Shown here: piece by piece, positions 1-13,289 of the stretch
Layout of the letters: every line of letters starts with the position of its first letter
Position numbering within the stretch: the first letter of the stretch is position 1
Source: the human T2T-CHM13v2.0 reference genome, Homo sapiens
Length of the DNA stretch: 64,000 nucleotides
Strand: one strand, 5' to 3'
Assembly (NCBI RefSeq): GCF_009914755.1
Contig: NC_060925.1
Notes under the pieces: generated by a model
Databases searched by the model: none
What the model was told of the DNA's origin: nothing
Seen by the model: the letters and a program-made list of their open reading frames with translations, nothing else
Program-made: the position numbers and the translations under genes

Positions 1-5
1 GGCTA

Positions 6-342
<337 letters not shown>

Positions 343-359
343 AAAAGATAAAAGGTGAA

Positions 360-850
360 ATGGAGAAAGAGATGTGGAAGTCATTAAGAGTGGGATGAGC
401 AGTCATAACCTGAGTCTCAACCTACGAGAACTGATAGGCAAGATTTGTCACAGTGAATTACCAAAAACAGTGGGGAGTATCCCAAAAGGACAACTGCAGC
501 AACAGCGTGTAGGAAGGGTTGAAGGGTAGGGAATGGAAAATAAACATTTCCAAAAGCAGTTATAGACAAAAAGAATGTGCAGAACCCAATCATTTCGATA
601 TGGTGATAAAAGAGAAAAAAGGAAGCAAAAAATGTTAGACATCTGCCCACCTTCTGGGTGGAGATGAGTCTCCACTACCCACGAGATCTTGGCAGTAACT
701 GAAGTGAATGAAGGGCGTGGAATAGCACTGAAGGAAGAAGCGGGAGAGCCACATTTGGGGCTCTTGTGTGTACAGGGGAGATTTGACCCCAGTTGAGGCA
801 AAGAGCTCAAGAGTAGGGGCTCAGAAATAACGGACAAGAGGTCAAGAATT
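360..850 (-). mobile_element. Probable L2 LINE relic
   Basis: Purine-rich, decayed sequence typical of antisense L2 ORF2, near the clearer L2 fragment at 1140-1275. Confidence 0.45.
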
Positions 851-862
851 GGTTTGCACACT

Positions 863-1105
863 CAGTGTTTCCTAAGAGGGTAGCGCTGTTTATGTTTTGG
901 CATAACATGTGTTTGTCATATGGAACTGTTCCATATATCCCACAGGACAATTTAAGTTTTTGCTCCTATCCCCTTTCCCCACCTCCTCCACCCATTAAAT
1001 GTCAGCAGTACCCTCCAATCACTGGGACAACTGGAAAAGGCCCCACACATATCTAAACAGAATATGTTTTCTGACCCTCCAACCCCGGCCCGTTGAGAAC
1101 TCCTC
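863..1105 (-). mobile_element. MER20-like hAT-Charlie MITE
   Basis: Resembles reverse-complement MER20: cagtgtttc start, acccattaaatgtcagcagtaccctcc...gacaact core, ccgttgagaac end. Confidence 0.7.
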
Positions 1106-1139
1106 TGGGGAGGAAAAGCATCTGCATTCAGGGAAGAAT

Positions 1140-1275
1140 TGTCCAAGAGATACCAAGATATAATAGCGTCACAGAAAGTCCAAAGGCAAAAAGGTTCCCA
1201 AAGGGAGGGTAGTCAGTGGTGTCAAATGGAACAGAAAGATCAATAAGGACACCCTGAGAAAACAGAAGACAATTG
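1140..1275 (-). mobile_element. L2 LINE RT-domain fragment
   Basis: tcagtggtgtcaaatggaacagaaagatcaataagga is the antisense of the L2 LLDLSAAFDTVDH-coding region. Confidence 0.7.
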
Positions 1276-1699
1276 GGGAGGTGTTTCTCATAACACCTTT
1301 GGTTATTCCAAAATGTCTGTGTGTTGTCCTATGTGGTCAGTGATACGACAGCTGTATTTTTTCAGGGAAGGCTCAATTTTTATGTTTTTTGATTATACTC
1401 CTGTTCACACAGTTATACAATCTGAGGATCTACTCTAGTAAAAATGCCATTTTATATTTAATCTATGTATTATTTGTGTATATGTTTGTATATGTGCATG
1501 TAATATGGGCTAATTCATGGAAGAGTGTAGCTTGATAAGCAAAAATGTTTTCTCATTGTTGATATGAATCCATTAATGCCATCTGTGAAGCTATCTGTAG
1601 GATGATGACATGCAAATTTTCCTTTTACTTTTTTCTAAATGTAAAGAATATTTTTGTGGGTGTGTAGAAATAAAAGGGCAACACGATCATGTAGAAATG

Positions 1700-3030
1700 A
1701 ATCTGCCCAAATATAAATGGTAAGTTTGTAATTAAAATTACAAAATTAAAAAAGCCTAATCCTGGCTTCTTCCTTATCAGTCAAGATCCTTCAAAGTTGT
1801 TTGAGCGCTTCACCTGCATTTCTTTGTATCTGTAGTTAGTCCTTGAACTTGCAGAAAGGTTTTGCTATGGTTTCCTCTTTTGGAGTATTTTCTCTTGCAA
1901 GTGAAATGGAGAAGGTAATTTTTATGTAGTATTTTTCATTCAGTTTAGTCTAGTCTTGCAGTTGGACACTTCATTTGGCATATGGTCTTTGGAATGATCA
2001 CGGTTGTCCATTTCCACTGAGTTCTGTTGGTTGTACTGAATCAAATTAGATAAAAATTTGTGAGTTTCTACTTAGCGTTCTATGAACGTTTTTTCTAAAT
2101 TGTTGGTTTTGGAGGATTGCATTACTCTAGTTCTAGCTACCATGTTCTCTCCAGATTGCAAAACAGACTATGGAATAACATTTTTAAACATAAAATACAA
2201 CCCTTAAAGTTTCTTAATTCCTCTTTCTGAATCTCATATTGTCAACAGAGGTCTTTTTTCCCTCTTATAATGTTCAAAATGATCTGCCCTTTTATGAATG
2301 CCTTGAGACTATCACACAAAGCTAACGGTGAGGGAGCAGATGCCTCATTCAATTCCAAATAGAAGGAAATCTGTTGTCTCAAATAATCCCTAAATTCAGA
2401 CACTTTCAGACAGCTATTATCAAGAGACCACATTCTAAGAGCAGATGTGTTATTAAGGCTGAGAAATGTTATGAGGACTTCGTGATCTGACAAATGATTT
2501 CAATCTATCCAACATTCCAACATTTCATCTTTTAATAAATTAGAGATTAAAATATCCATTTTGGGGAGGCAATTTGTATAAGGTAGTTGGAAACTGGAGT
2601 TGTAACTGATACTTCATTTCCATGCAAAACTGCCTAAATTATACTTACAGGTCCTTTTTATATATAAAGTATGCTCATTTGACTGAAGCAATTATGATGT
2701 ATTTTAATCTCTGTATGGAGTCCTATAGCTCCTTCTCACAGATATGAAACACAACTCCTGTTTTTCAGTGAGGAATAAGAAACAAACACAACCAGGCATT
2801 AGCTGCCCCACCTAAATGTGCTCAATCATTCCTTTATATCTTTCAGTTTACCTTTACGTGATTATTTAGAGCCTTTTCGGTGAAGCAATTACTGAAAAAT
2901 TCTGCTGAGGGCTAACACTCTTCTTTTCTTGTTGGAGTGTGGTTATCTGCTACTAAACCTCTTTTTTTTTGTTAAAGGTGCAATAGAGCTCTTACATTCT
3001 TTGCATAATAGAATCTTCTTCTGGGTTGAA
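1700..3030 (-). mobile_element. Ancient, decayed L1-clade LINE ORF2 (APE endonuclease plus linker)
   Basis: Ordered minus-strand motifs with stops and frameshifts: NVRAL (2998-2984), VFVSYSSLKNR/GVVFHI (~2790-2740), MDILISNLLKDEMLECWIDxNHLSDH (~2560-2482), then WSLDNSCLKVSEFRDYLRQQISFYLELNE...LCDSLKAFIKGQII (ORF 2242-2493). Confidence 0.75.
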
Positions 3031-4331
3031 GTGAATGTTTTCACCGGCCCTATTCAGAATCACAAATTGTCCCATCCAATAACAAAGTGTACATTCCTCA
3101 GCACTTGCAAACTGCTTATTACCCATGGGTTGTACTTTGATCTCCCAAGAATACCTGTGGTGCTATAGGATTTTTACATAATCCTATCATTGCCAAAGAG
3201 AATAAAACTTAGATCCAGGTGAACATCAGTTACTATAAATAACACGAAAAGCAACAAAGGCACCCAAATTCTCTTCGGCAGGGTTGCCCCCAGCTGTGCA
3301 TATATTGGAATTTATGTTCTACCTGACCTTATGAAAAGTAGCTAACAAAATGTCCTTGAGCAGTTTTCTTTAATCATCTGGAGTTGATCTCCTGGCTCAA
3401 CATCGGTAGATGCTTCCTTGGTGTGAAATTTGGGGGCTGAAATAAATCATCGAATAATTTTCCTTATGACTGATAATTTTTTTTATCTTTAACCTTAAGA
3501 ATCAGAATTTGACAGCTAGATTTCAGGGGAAATGGCATTTATGTTAAATTTTTAAAAATATGTTAAATTGTCAAAATCCTAAATATGGAAATGTGGCAAA
3601 ACAAAAGAGAATGGAGCCTTGTGGTTGGGCTGAGGGACAACTGCTTATCAGCAGTCCGAGGGTCCACAGCAAACAGCACACTTGGCTCCCATGAGCATGC
3701 CGCCGGCAGGGAGCAATGTTACCCTCCCCGATGTTCCCACTCTCCAAACACTTCTGATTGTTTTTTTTTTAACCCATAACAAATTTAAGCTTTATGAATA
3801 TCACCATCCCAAACTTGTTCACTTACTGATTCATTCAACAATGATTTAGCTCCTACTGTGTGCAACATGAAATCAACTGAAAAGTCTTCAGAAGGCAGAT
3901 ATTCAAAGAAACTTGCTACAGAGCACAGAAGTTGTATAATAGTGATCCGATTGAAGCAGAATGTTGTGTATAAGGAGTTGAAAGAACACTAAAATTGGTG
4001 GCAACCTTGCCACTTGCAAGCTTCGTGATTTAAGGTATGTTGCTAAGGCTTTTGTGCATCAGATTTCTCGCCCCTCTAAAGTGGCCATTGCTAAGTAAGT
4101 ACCTACTATCTATAATCACGATTTTGGGCACTCTGGGGAACTTATTTTAACTTCCAGCAGTAATGAGATCAGATGTATCGGTAATTGCGATACAAAGAAG
4201 AAAAAAGAGATGAGGTCAGTAAGAGAGGCATAGGTTGCTACTGAAGTCCAGGGAAGCAGGTGGCTATTTGCATTTGGGGATGAATGTTGGGAAGGAAAAT
4301 AAATTTGATTTGAGTCTTAAAGAGTGGGCAG

Positions 4332-4476
4332 ACACTAGGTGTGGTGGCTCATGCCTGTAATCCCAGCACTTTGGGAGGCTGAAGTGGGAGGATTGCTTGA
4401 GCACAGGAGGTCAAGGCTGCAGTGAGCTGTGATTGCACCACTGCACGGCAGCCTGGGCAACAGAGCAAGACCCTGT

Positions 4477-4515
<39 letters not shown>
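4332..4515 (+). mobile_element. Monomeric Alu (FRAM-like or arm-recombined AluJ)
   Basis: Single Alu arm with a J-type 3' half, pure 38-A tail (4478-4515), TSD aaagagtgggcag at 4319-4331 and 4513-4525. Confidence 0.9.
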
Positions 4516-4518
<3 letters not shown>

Positions 4519-5453
4519 TGGGCAGCATTTGGATGCAAAGAAATAGGTAAAATTTTACCCCAGGGAGAGCGAGCAAGATGGAAAGCACATAGAGGTGAGA
4601 TGAAGCCCACATTTTTATGTGAAACTCCAAGCATTTTGGCAGTGTTAAGTTCTATTTTTTTTCCGTTTTGTTATTGCTTGCTTGCTAGTTTATTTTTGTG
4701 AGGAATTCTCTTGGTCTCATTTCTAGGTTCAAGGGAATTCATGCAAGAAAAGATTGCAAAGGTGTGTTAGGCGAGAGGTAGGAAAATAATGGCATAGTGT
4801 TTGGGATAAGATGAGGGACACAGGGGCCAAGGGGAGGCAGAGACCTCATTAAGGAAGAAGTCGAGGCCAAGCCAAGACGAGTAGATGCAGAGGAACAGGC
4901 AGAGCTCAGGGCAGCGGAGATAGTCCACACCTAATGCACCCATAGTTCTCTATGACAGGTTGGCTCCTGTTGAGTCAAAGGAGCCAGGAGGTGGAGGCTG
5001 AGAAGATTTAGAAGCTCTGATGAAGTGGATGGAGAACAGAACCAACTGTGGTTATGTAGAAGTGTGGGGCAGCCCTGAGGGTCAGCTGACATCAGGAATC
5101 ATGTGTTGGTGATGGAGGAGCCAGATAGGATGGTAATTTCCTATGAAATCTGAGTGGGAGAAGATCAGAAGGGAACACTAAAGATAGAGACAGAAGGCAG
5201 AAACTTGATGGAGCCAGGTCATGGAGCAGGCAGGAGGAGATGGGAGCAAAGGTAAAATGCGGTAAGTAGAAAGATGGGGCCCAGTGCTGGGGTGGAGAGA
5301 GCTCTTGGAGAACTGGGTGCATATTATTTTCTCTGAATAGGAGGGAGGAAGAATTTTCAGGAAATCATTTCTCTCCGGGGGTTAGTGTATTGGGAATTTA
5401 ATTGTGCCTGGCCCAATTTAAAAAGCTGAATAAGTAAATTTTCAAAGATATCC

Positions 5454-5573
5454 TAAAACTCAATAGAAAAGAGGTATGCAAATAAACCTTTGGGTTCTAT
5501 TATGTAAATACATTAAAACTCAATAGAAAAGAGGTATGCAAATAAACCTTTGGGTTCTATTATGTAAATACAT
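5454..5573. repeat. Perfect 60-bp tandem duplication
   Basis: 5454-5513 is identical to 5514-5573. Confidence 0.98.
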
Positions 5574-6149
5574 CTTTAATGTAGCCAGCACTTGGAAAAC
5601 AGTCTAACTCAAGGAAGATAGATAGATTTAAACTAATAAACCAACTCCTGCTTGGTGGTGGCTGCTTGGAGTACTGTACTGAAAATTTGGGGGATCAACA
5701 GGAAATGGTGTTGTGGTCAACTTATGACAGCTAGTAAGGTTGCAGAAGAGGAGAGTGGGGTACGTTTACCACATATTCACCATTCATGAAGGTAGACAGA
5801 ATATGCAAGGTAGTTTACCTATCAATTAAATACAATAGTTAACTATATCCTTACAGATTGCAAGTATGTTTTACCTGTAAAGTCCTTTGATCTCTTGCTT
5901 AGAAGATGACACATCTTTACAAATTATAAAAATATGAGCAATACATTTTGTCAAATGAGTGTTTATCTTTTACCTGAGCTAAAATTACTCTCAGGAGAAT
6001 TGTTTGGTTAAAGTGAACTATGTCCATGGAAACATGATTCTAAAATCTTTCAACTGCTGAAAGTTTCAAAGACCCTTGCACTTTACAGGCTGACAAAAAT
6101 AAAAAGATATGCAATGGTTATTTTATAATTTCAGGGAAAAGAAGAAAAT

Positions 6150-6340
6150 TCATGTTTACTGAGACCTGTTTTAGGTCCTTCATATGTGTTCTCATTTAGT
6201 CCTCAGGGCAACTCTGTGAGATGGAAACTGAGTGAAGCTGAAGGAGGTGGAAATTTGCTCCAGGGAAACAGCTCTCACGCGACAAAGGCGGAAGGCAAAC
6301 CTAGGTCTCGCTGACTCCAAGTCTGTGTTCTTTCCATCAC
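6150..6340 (-). mobile_element. MIR SINE
   Basis: Antisense MIR core: ctcatttagtcctc...gatggaaactgag...aaacctaggtctcgctgactccaag. Confidence 0.75.
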
Positions 6341-6723
6341 TAGGGAAGAAGAGGCACATGAATGACTGAAACTAAAAACAAACGTTAAAACGCTATCAAT
6401 TTAGCACATAATAGAAGGGAGAAATTATGATCACTACAATGCTGGGAATGTACATCTTAACATATTGCTCCTAATTTCTTATCAGCAGATTTTAAAAGTG
6501 CATCTATCTAGGTTTGCTTTAAAAATAGATCAGTTAGAAGGCAAAATTGTACGAGTGGATATTATTAATGATACTGAATTTCCATGTATGTGAACTAGCA
6601 TTGAGTGGCACTTTGATAACACTCATCTAATCCTATTTAGTGCCCTTTCTCTCTTTTGCTGTCAAAGCCTAGGTACGGGTTCGTGCTTTGTCTCATAATC
6701 TCTTGGTTAAAATGTAACATCTG

Positions 6724-7159
<436 letters not shown>

Positions 7160-7721
7160 TTACTGGGGTTCAAATATAAATAGTTTTTCTAACTCAGAAA
7201 CAAATCTAACATATTAAGTGTTTCATTGAAGGCCCCAATTATGTCTAGAGTTTTGCAGAGTTTATTTTAAAATGTATCTCGAAAAGCTGGTGGTCCAAAT
7301 TTTTCCCTAGACTTACACATGATGAGAATCTGTCTCTTTATATTTAGCTGCAGGGCACCTAACAAGTTCTTAGGCGAAACACATTATTTTGCTAGTACAA
7401 GAAGAATAAATACTGTATTTGGAAAGTTCCAGTGTTCTTTAAAATATCGCTGTTTCCATAGCAATAACATAATGTACTAAAGAGTAGAATGGTGTTTCTT
7501 TAGAAACCACGTGTATGGATGCATGTTCCCATGAAGGGCTTTGAAGCATCTCACCTGCTCGTGGTCCCAAAATGGAACAACAATAGTAATCGAATCAATC
7601 ATCTTATGAAATGAAACTCGGCCAGCTTTCTACTGCCTAACGCTGTCAGCCTTCTGCTTTTGGTCATCTGTGTAGTGTCTTTTTAGGCTCTGTGCTCTTA
7701 GATGGTGGAAAATAGATCCAT

Positions 7722-7850
7722 GTTCATTCATTAGTTCATTTGGTCAACAGATATGTATTAAACACCTATTATATGCCAGGCACGGTTCTAGGCACTGAGG
7801 ACTCAGTGACATTATGGAGTTTACATTCTAATGGGGAAAACAAGAAAATT
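7722..7850 (-). mobile_element. L2 3' end
   Basis: ttcattcatt...caacagatatgtattaaacacctattatatgccaggcac. Confidence 0.8.
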
Positions 7851-10799
7851 CTTTTTTAACAACAAGGAATGTCACATCATGTGCCACTGTGCATATGGAA
7901 GTGCTCCTTGGTGATGTCAGTGACACTTTAAATACTTAGCAAGAATGCATGTTGCAATAACATATGAAAGATGCAGGGAATAATGGAAAAGGAGAGTGCT
8001 AAGAATGATGATAACTGATGAGTTGATTCCCAGGGTGCTCTGCCAGAGATTCTGATCTAGGATCAACCTCACTACATTAAGGATAGCAAAGAGTGTCTTA
8101 AGGGGTTTGGACAATTAAGGTATTACAAATAAATATAAAGGAATGAGTTCCGTGTGGGTGAACGCTGTTCTGGAAAATGGGGTATATCTCTTAGGATGCA
8201 ACTTTGATCTTGAAAACTCATATTAAGTTGGAAAGATTCTTTGAATGTTTACCTCCTCTGTTGACTTGGAGTTGAGTGCCTTAGCCTTCCCGTAATCCTC
8301 CAAATTTGTTTTGTGTGCTGACTTTGCCCTAATGAGGCCCACCTTCCTCTGTATCCCCAGCTCTGACTCCCAAAAGCCTTCCTGCAGGGAGTGAATAGGT
8401 GGCGAGGATGTCACTGAAAAGGTCGCTTCTCTGGTTAACTGCTGGCCATCTAGCATCTGGCAAGGGGGTTGCAGGTCACAGATGTCTCATGCTGGCGCCA
8501 TCACTATTCCAAGAGAGAACAGTAGAAGGATCAGTGTCCCCACCCCCTCCCGGAGGCCACACATCTTTGTCTCCTACACAAGACTTCATTTGTGCTTTCA
8601 GTAGCAAAACCTTGAAATATTTAGTCTTAAGAAACCCACATCTATTTGCTATGTGCAGGGTCCTTTTGTGTGGCAGCCTCACTAGTGCCCTGATCATAAG
8701 TGAGCAGCCACCTCTTGACTCTCCCGGACTCTGAAAGATTTGACTCACTGTCCACATCGCTCCAAAAGGCTCCTGGTTTGCAGACACTTCTCAAGCCACC
8801 CTGGGAGCAGAAAAAGGTTCATGGGCCAGATCCAGGGTCACCGAGTCAGAGAGGTTCTCAGGGCAGTCATCCTTTCTTCAGAATCAGACAAGTCAACCAG
8901 CTACCCCAGCTGCCTTCCTAGACTCTCAGTGAGCAGCAAGGTCACAAAAAAAGAAAAAATGCCGAAAGGTAAGCATGGATTTTCAAGGCAAGAACTTCAA
9001 AGCCTTGCTTTTGCCCCCAGCAGAGCCAGAGGTCTCAGAGTGAAGGGAAAGTCTCACTCTCTCAAGGTGAATTTTGGGTTGCCAACCACCCAGCTCTTTT
9101 AACCACAGTGATTCTCCCCAGATGTTCTCTCTTAAATGCAAAGGCATCATTTTCTTGCCAAGAAACGGAATGATTGATCAAGCCTCCTTTAAATCATTTC
9201 ATCTTATCCATTCCCATCTGAAGGAGCAGATATTGCATTAATATTAATATTCTTATTGTGTCCCTTGAGAGAGAAATGCCCCCTTAACCCCCCGCCCAAT
9301 TACTGCCATCACTACAGGGATATGAAGTCAGAGGAGGAAGCTACCAGTGGAGGGGCTGCAGTTGTTTTATTAGCAACAGCTGGTGGCAGTCCCCTGCCTG
9401 AACCACCCCCCCTTCTTTTTAAAAATGCTATGCTTGTCAGATCCAGCTTCTTGAGACTGGATGGCAAAGGGTAAGACAGGAACACGGCATATTTCAGCTT
9501 TTGCATGCAGAAAAAGGGATTTATGCTAAAGAGGGTGCAGGCTGCATTCAATGCTGATTAAAAAACTTTACAAAAGATTATTTGCTCTCAATATTATGTA
9601 GGTAACATTTGAGCAATTACACAAACATATAGAGTAACTGAAACCACCTGTAGGATTTGAAAAAATATTCCGTCTTTCCTTCTCATTTGTCCAGGATGCT
9701 TTAATAGGAAGAAAAATGTGGGCAGCACATGTCTTAGATTTATCCTTATTGTAACTTTACGTATGTTTACGATCAAGGGTGGAGTTTGCAACACCAGGGC
9801 TCCTTCTGTGTTGGAAAGAGTTGACCATCAAAAGGAAATCTGTGCCATTTGCCCAGTGGAGAAATAAATCTTCCTTTACTCACTTTTGCCCTGGTTCCTA
9901 TCTAAGAAGTCCAAATGAACCCTGTTTCATCTTATTTCATCTTTAGAATTCCAGGTAACATTTTTAGGTGTACTAAATTCACATGTGGAATGTAGATTTG
10001 AGAGAAACTTTTGGCCAGTTAAACAGCTTTGTCATTGCAGCTATTTCATTTTCATTTATTTTTTCTAATCTGATGAAAATTGGGTGAATTTCATGTATGT
10101 ATGAAATCACTGAGCCCATACCATACGGTCAGAGTGATGCAACTGTCCCGATTTCATAAAATACCACTTATATATCACATAAATAAGAAAATATGAATTT
10201 CAGTAGGAAAACATAAGTATTAGTAGGAAAAAGGCATGGTTAAGTAATGTATTGCTTGCTTAGGTCTATAAATAATGACTGTTGGGAAGAACATGGTTAA
10301 CGTAATTCAAAATGTGGATCCATTATATGCCTGCCTCTTGGGGAGAGAGAAAAGAATCATGCTAAATAGAAAGAAATCTTGGCGTCCTCCTTATTTCTTT
10401 CATGTGTAACACATTTAAGATGTGCATTTCTTCCCTATGGCTCAAATACTATTAATTTTTATAGTTAAAAATTAATTATAATAATTCTTAAGTTTTGAAT
10501 TCTAATAATTCCTAAGTATAACAGCAACACTTATGGGACTAATGCTTGATAACTCCATGGAACCTTAAAAATAGTAGCAACAATAGCACTGGGAGATGCA
10601 AGCTCCCTCTCTAGATAGGGCTGCTTCATGGACTGTGTGTTCCCTGATCTTCTTTTCATGCTCAGATCATCAGGAAGTTTGTTGCGAAGAAAGCGCAGAC
10701 CCCTGCTGTTGGCTGCCATGGTCTGTCTGTGTGATACTTTAGTGGGTGCAGATATGAGGGTATTCATTTGCTTCTTTTTTATCCTTCCACTCTTTAAAA

Positions 10800-13197
10800 A
10801 ATGTATCTATTTTACTTAAATAGACATAAAACCGTATGTATTTATCACATACAACATGACGTTTTGAAGTATATATATGTGGTGGAATAGCTAAATCCAG
10901 CTAACTAACAAATGCATTACCTCACGTAGTTATTTTTGTGTGAGAACTCTATTCACTCTCTTAGTTTTCAAGAAAACAATATATCATCATGAACTACAGT
11001 CACCTTGCTGTACAATAGATCTCTTGCACTTGTTCCTCCTGTCTAACTGTAAATATGCATGCTTTAATCCACATCTCTGCCTGCCTTCTTCCCCTCAACT
11101 ACCCTAGTCTCTACTAATCACCACTCTACTCTCTACTTCTATGAAATCAACTTTTTTAGATTCCATATATGAGTGAGGTCATGCAGGATTCGTCTTATTT
11201 GTCTTGCTGTGCCTAGCTTATTTTACTTAACATATCTGCTAGATTCATCCATGTTGTCACAAATGACAGGATTTCATTCTTTTTTTATGGCTGAAGAGTA
11301 TTCCATTATGTATAGATACCACATCGTCTTTATCCATTCATCCACTGTTGGACACTTAGGTTGCTTCCATATCTTGGCTATTGTGAATAGTGCTGCATGG
11401 GAGTGCAGATATTTCTTCAACATACTGATTTCATTTCCTTTGGATAGGTAACCCATAGTGGGATTGCTGGATCATATGGTAATTCTATTTTTAATGTTTT
11501 CAGACACCTCTATACTGTTTTCCATAATGGCTGTACTGATTTATATTCCCACTAACAGTGTGTGAGTGTTGTTTTCTCCGCATCCTCATCAACACTTCCT
11601 ATCTTTTGTCTTTTTTATAATAGCCATCCTAACAATAATGAAGTGATATCACATTGTTGTTTTGATTTGCATTCCCTGATGATTAGTGATGTTGAGTATT
11701 TTTTTCATATACTTGTTAGCTATTTGTATGTCTTCTTTTAAGAAATGTATATTCAGGTCTTTTGTCCATTTTTAAAATCGGGTTATTTCTTTTCTTGCTA
11801 TTGCATTGTTTGAGTTTCTTATATATTTTGGTTATTAATCCCTTATCAGATGTATAGCTTGAAAATATTTTCTCCCATTCTGTAGGTTATCTCTTCACTC
11901 TGTTGTTTTCTTTGCTGTGCAGAAGCTTTTTAGTTTGATGTCATCCCATTTGTCTATGTTTTTTTTTGCTGCCTGTGATTTTGAGGTCATATCCAAAAAA
12001 TCATTGCCCAGACCAATGTCTTGGAGCTTTTTCTCTATGTTTTCTTCCAGCAGTTTCATCATTTCGGGTCTTACACTTAAGACTTTAATCCATTTTGAGT
12101 TTATTTATGTGTATAGTGAGAGATGTGTATAGTTCCATTCTTCTGCATGTGGATATCCAGTTTTTCTGACACTGTTTATTGACAAGTCTGTTCTTTCCTC
12201 CGTTGTGTGTCCTTGGCACCTTTGTCAAAATCAGTTGGCTATAAATGCATGGATTTATTTCTGGGCCCTCTATTCTATTCCATAGGTTGATGTACCTGTT
12301 TTTATGTCAGTACCATATTGTTTTGTTTTGGTTTTCTTTTTCTTGTTCCTCCATAAAAACAAATGAGTACCATATTGTTTTAGTTATTATACCTTTGTAG
12401 TATATTTTGAAGTCAGGTAGTGTGATGCCTCTAGCTTTGTTCTTTTTGCTCAAAATTGCTTTGTCCATTAGGGGTCTTTTGTGAATCCACAGGAATTTCA
12501 GGATTGTTTTTTATACTTCTGTGAAGAATTTCATTGGCATTTGTATTAGTCTGTCTTGCATTGCTATAAAGGAATACCTTAGGCTGGGTACTTTATAAAG
12601 AAAAGATATTTATTTAGCTCATGATTCTGCAGGCTGTGCAAGAAGCATGACACTGGCATCTGCTTGGTTTCTGGTGGAGGCTTCAGAAAGCTTTTGCTCA
12701 TGATGGAAGGCAAAAGGGGAATAGGCATGTCACATGGCGAAAGAAAGAACAGGAGAGATGTCAGGCTCTTTTAAACAACCAGCTCTCACATGAACTAATA
12801 GAGAGAACTCACTCATTACCATGGGGAGGGTAGCTAGCCATTTACGAGGGATCTGGCCCCATGACCGAAACACTCTCCACTAGATCCCACCTCCAACATT
12901 GGGGATCACATTGGAACATGAGATCTGGAGGGAACAAACAAGCAAACTATATCTGTATTTTAATAGAAATTGCATTGAATTTGTAGATTACTTTTGGTAG
13001 TATGGACATTTTAACAACATTTACTCTTCCAATCCATGAACATGAGGTATCTTTTCATTTATCTGAATCTTGTGCAATTTCTTTCATGAATGTTTTGTAG
13101 TTTTTAGTATAGATGCCTTTCGCCTCTTTGCTTAAATTTATTCCTAAGTGTTTTTTTTTTTGTAGTTACTGTAAATAGGATTATTTCTTGATTTTTC
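10800..13197 (-). mobile_element. L1MA-type LINE 3' portion (L1MA8-like), interrupted by MSTB
   Basis: L1M 3'UTR and ORF2 C-terminus; ORF 11274-11456 reads AALFTIAKIWKQPKCPTVDEWIKTMWYLYIMEYSSAIKK. Confidence 0.93.
12542..12954 (-). mobile_element. MSTB (MaLR) solo LTR nested in L1
   Basis: tgtattagtctg...ttgctataaaggaatacc start and cccacctccaacattggggatcaca...aaactatatc end; 5-bp TSD gcatt/gtatt. Confidence 0.9.
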
Positions 13198-13289
13198 ATG
13201 GGCTTCTTATAACTTAGAAACACAAATTTTCAGGAGGGAGAAGGCACTGTATCCTAAAGAATATTATTTTTAGACACCCTAAAAATTAC

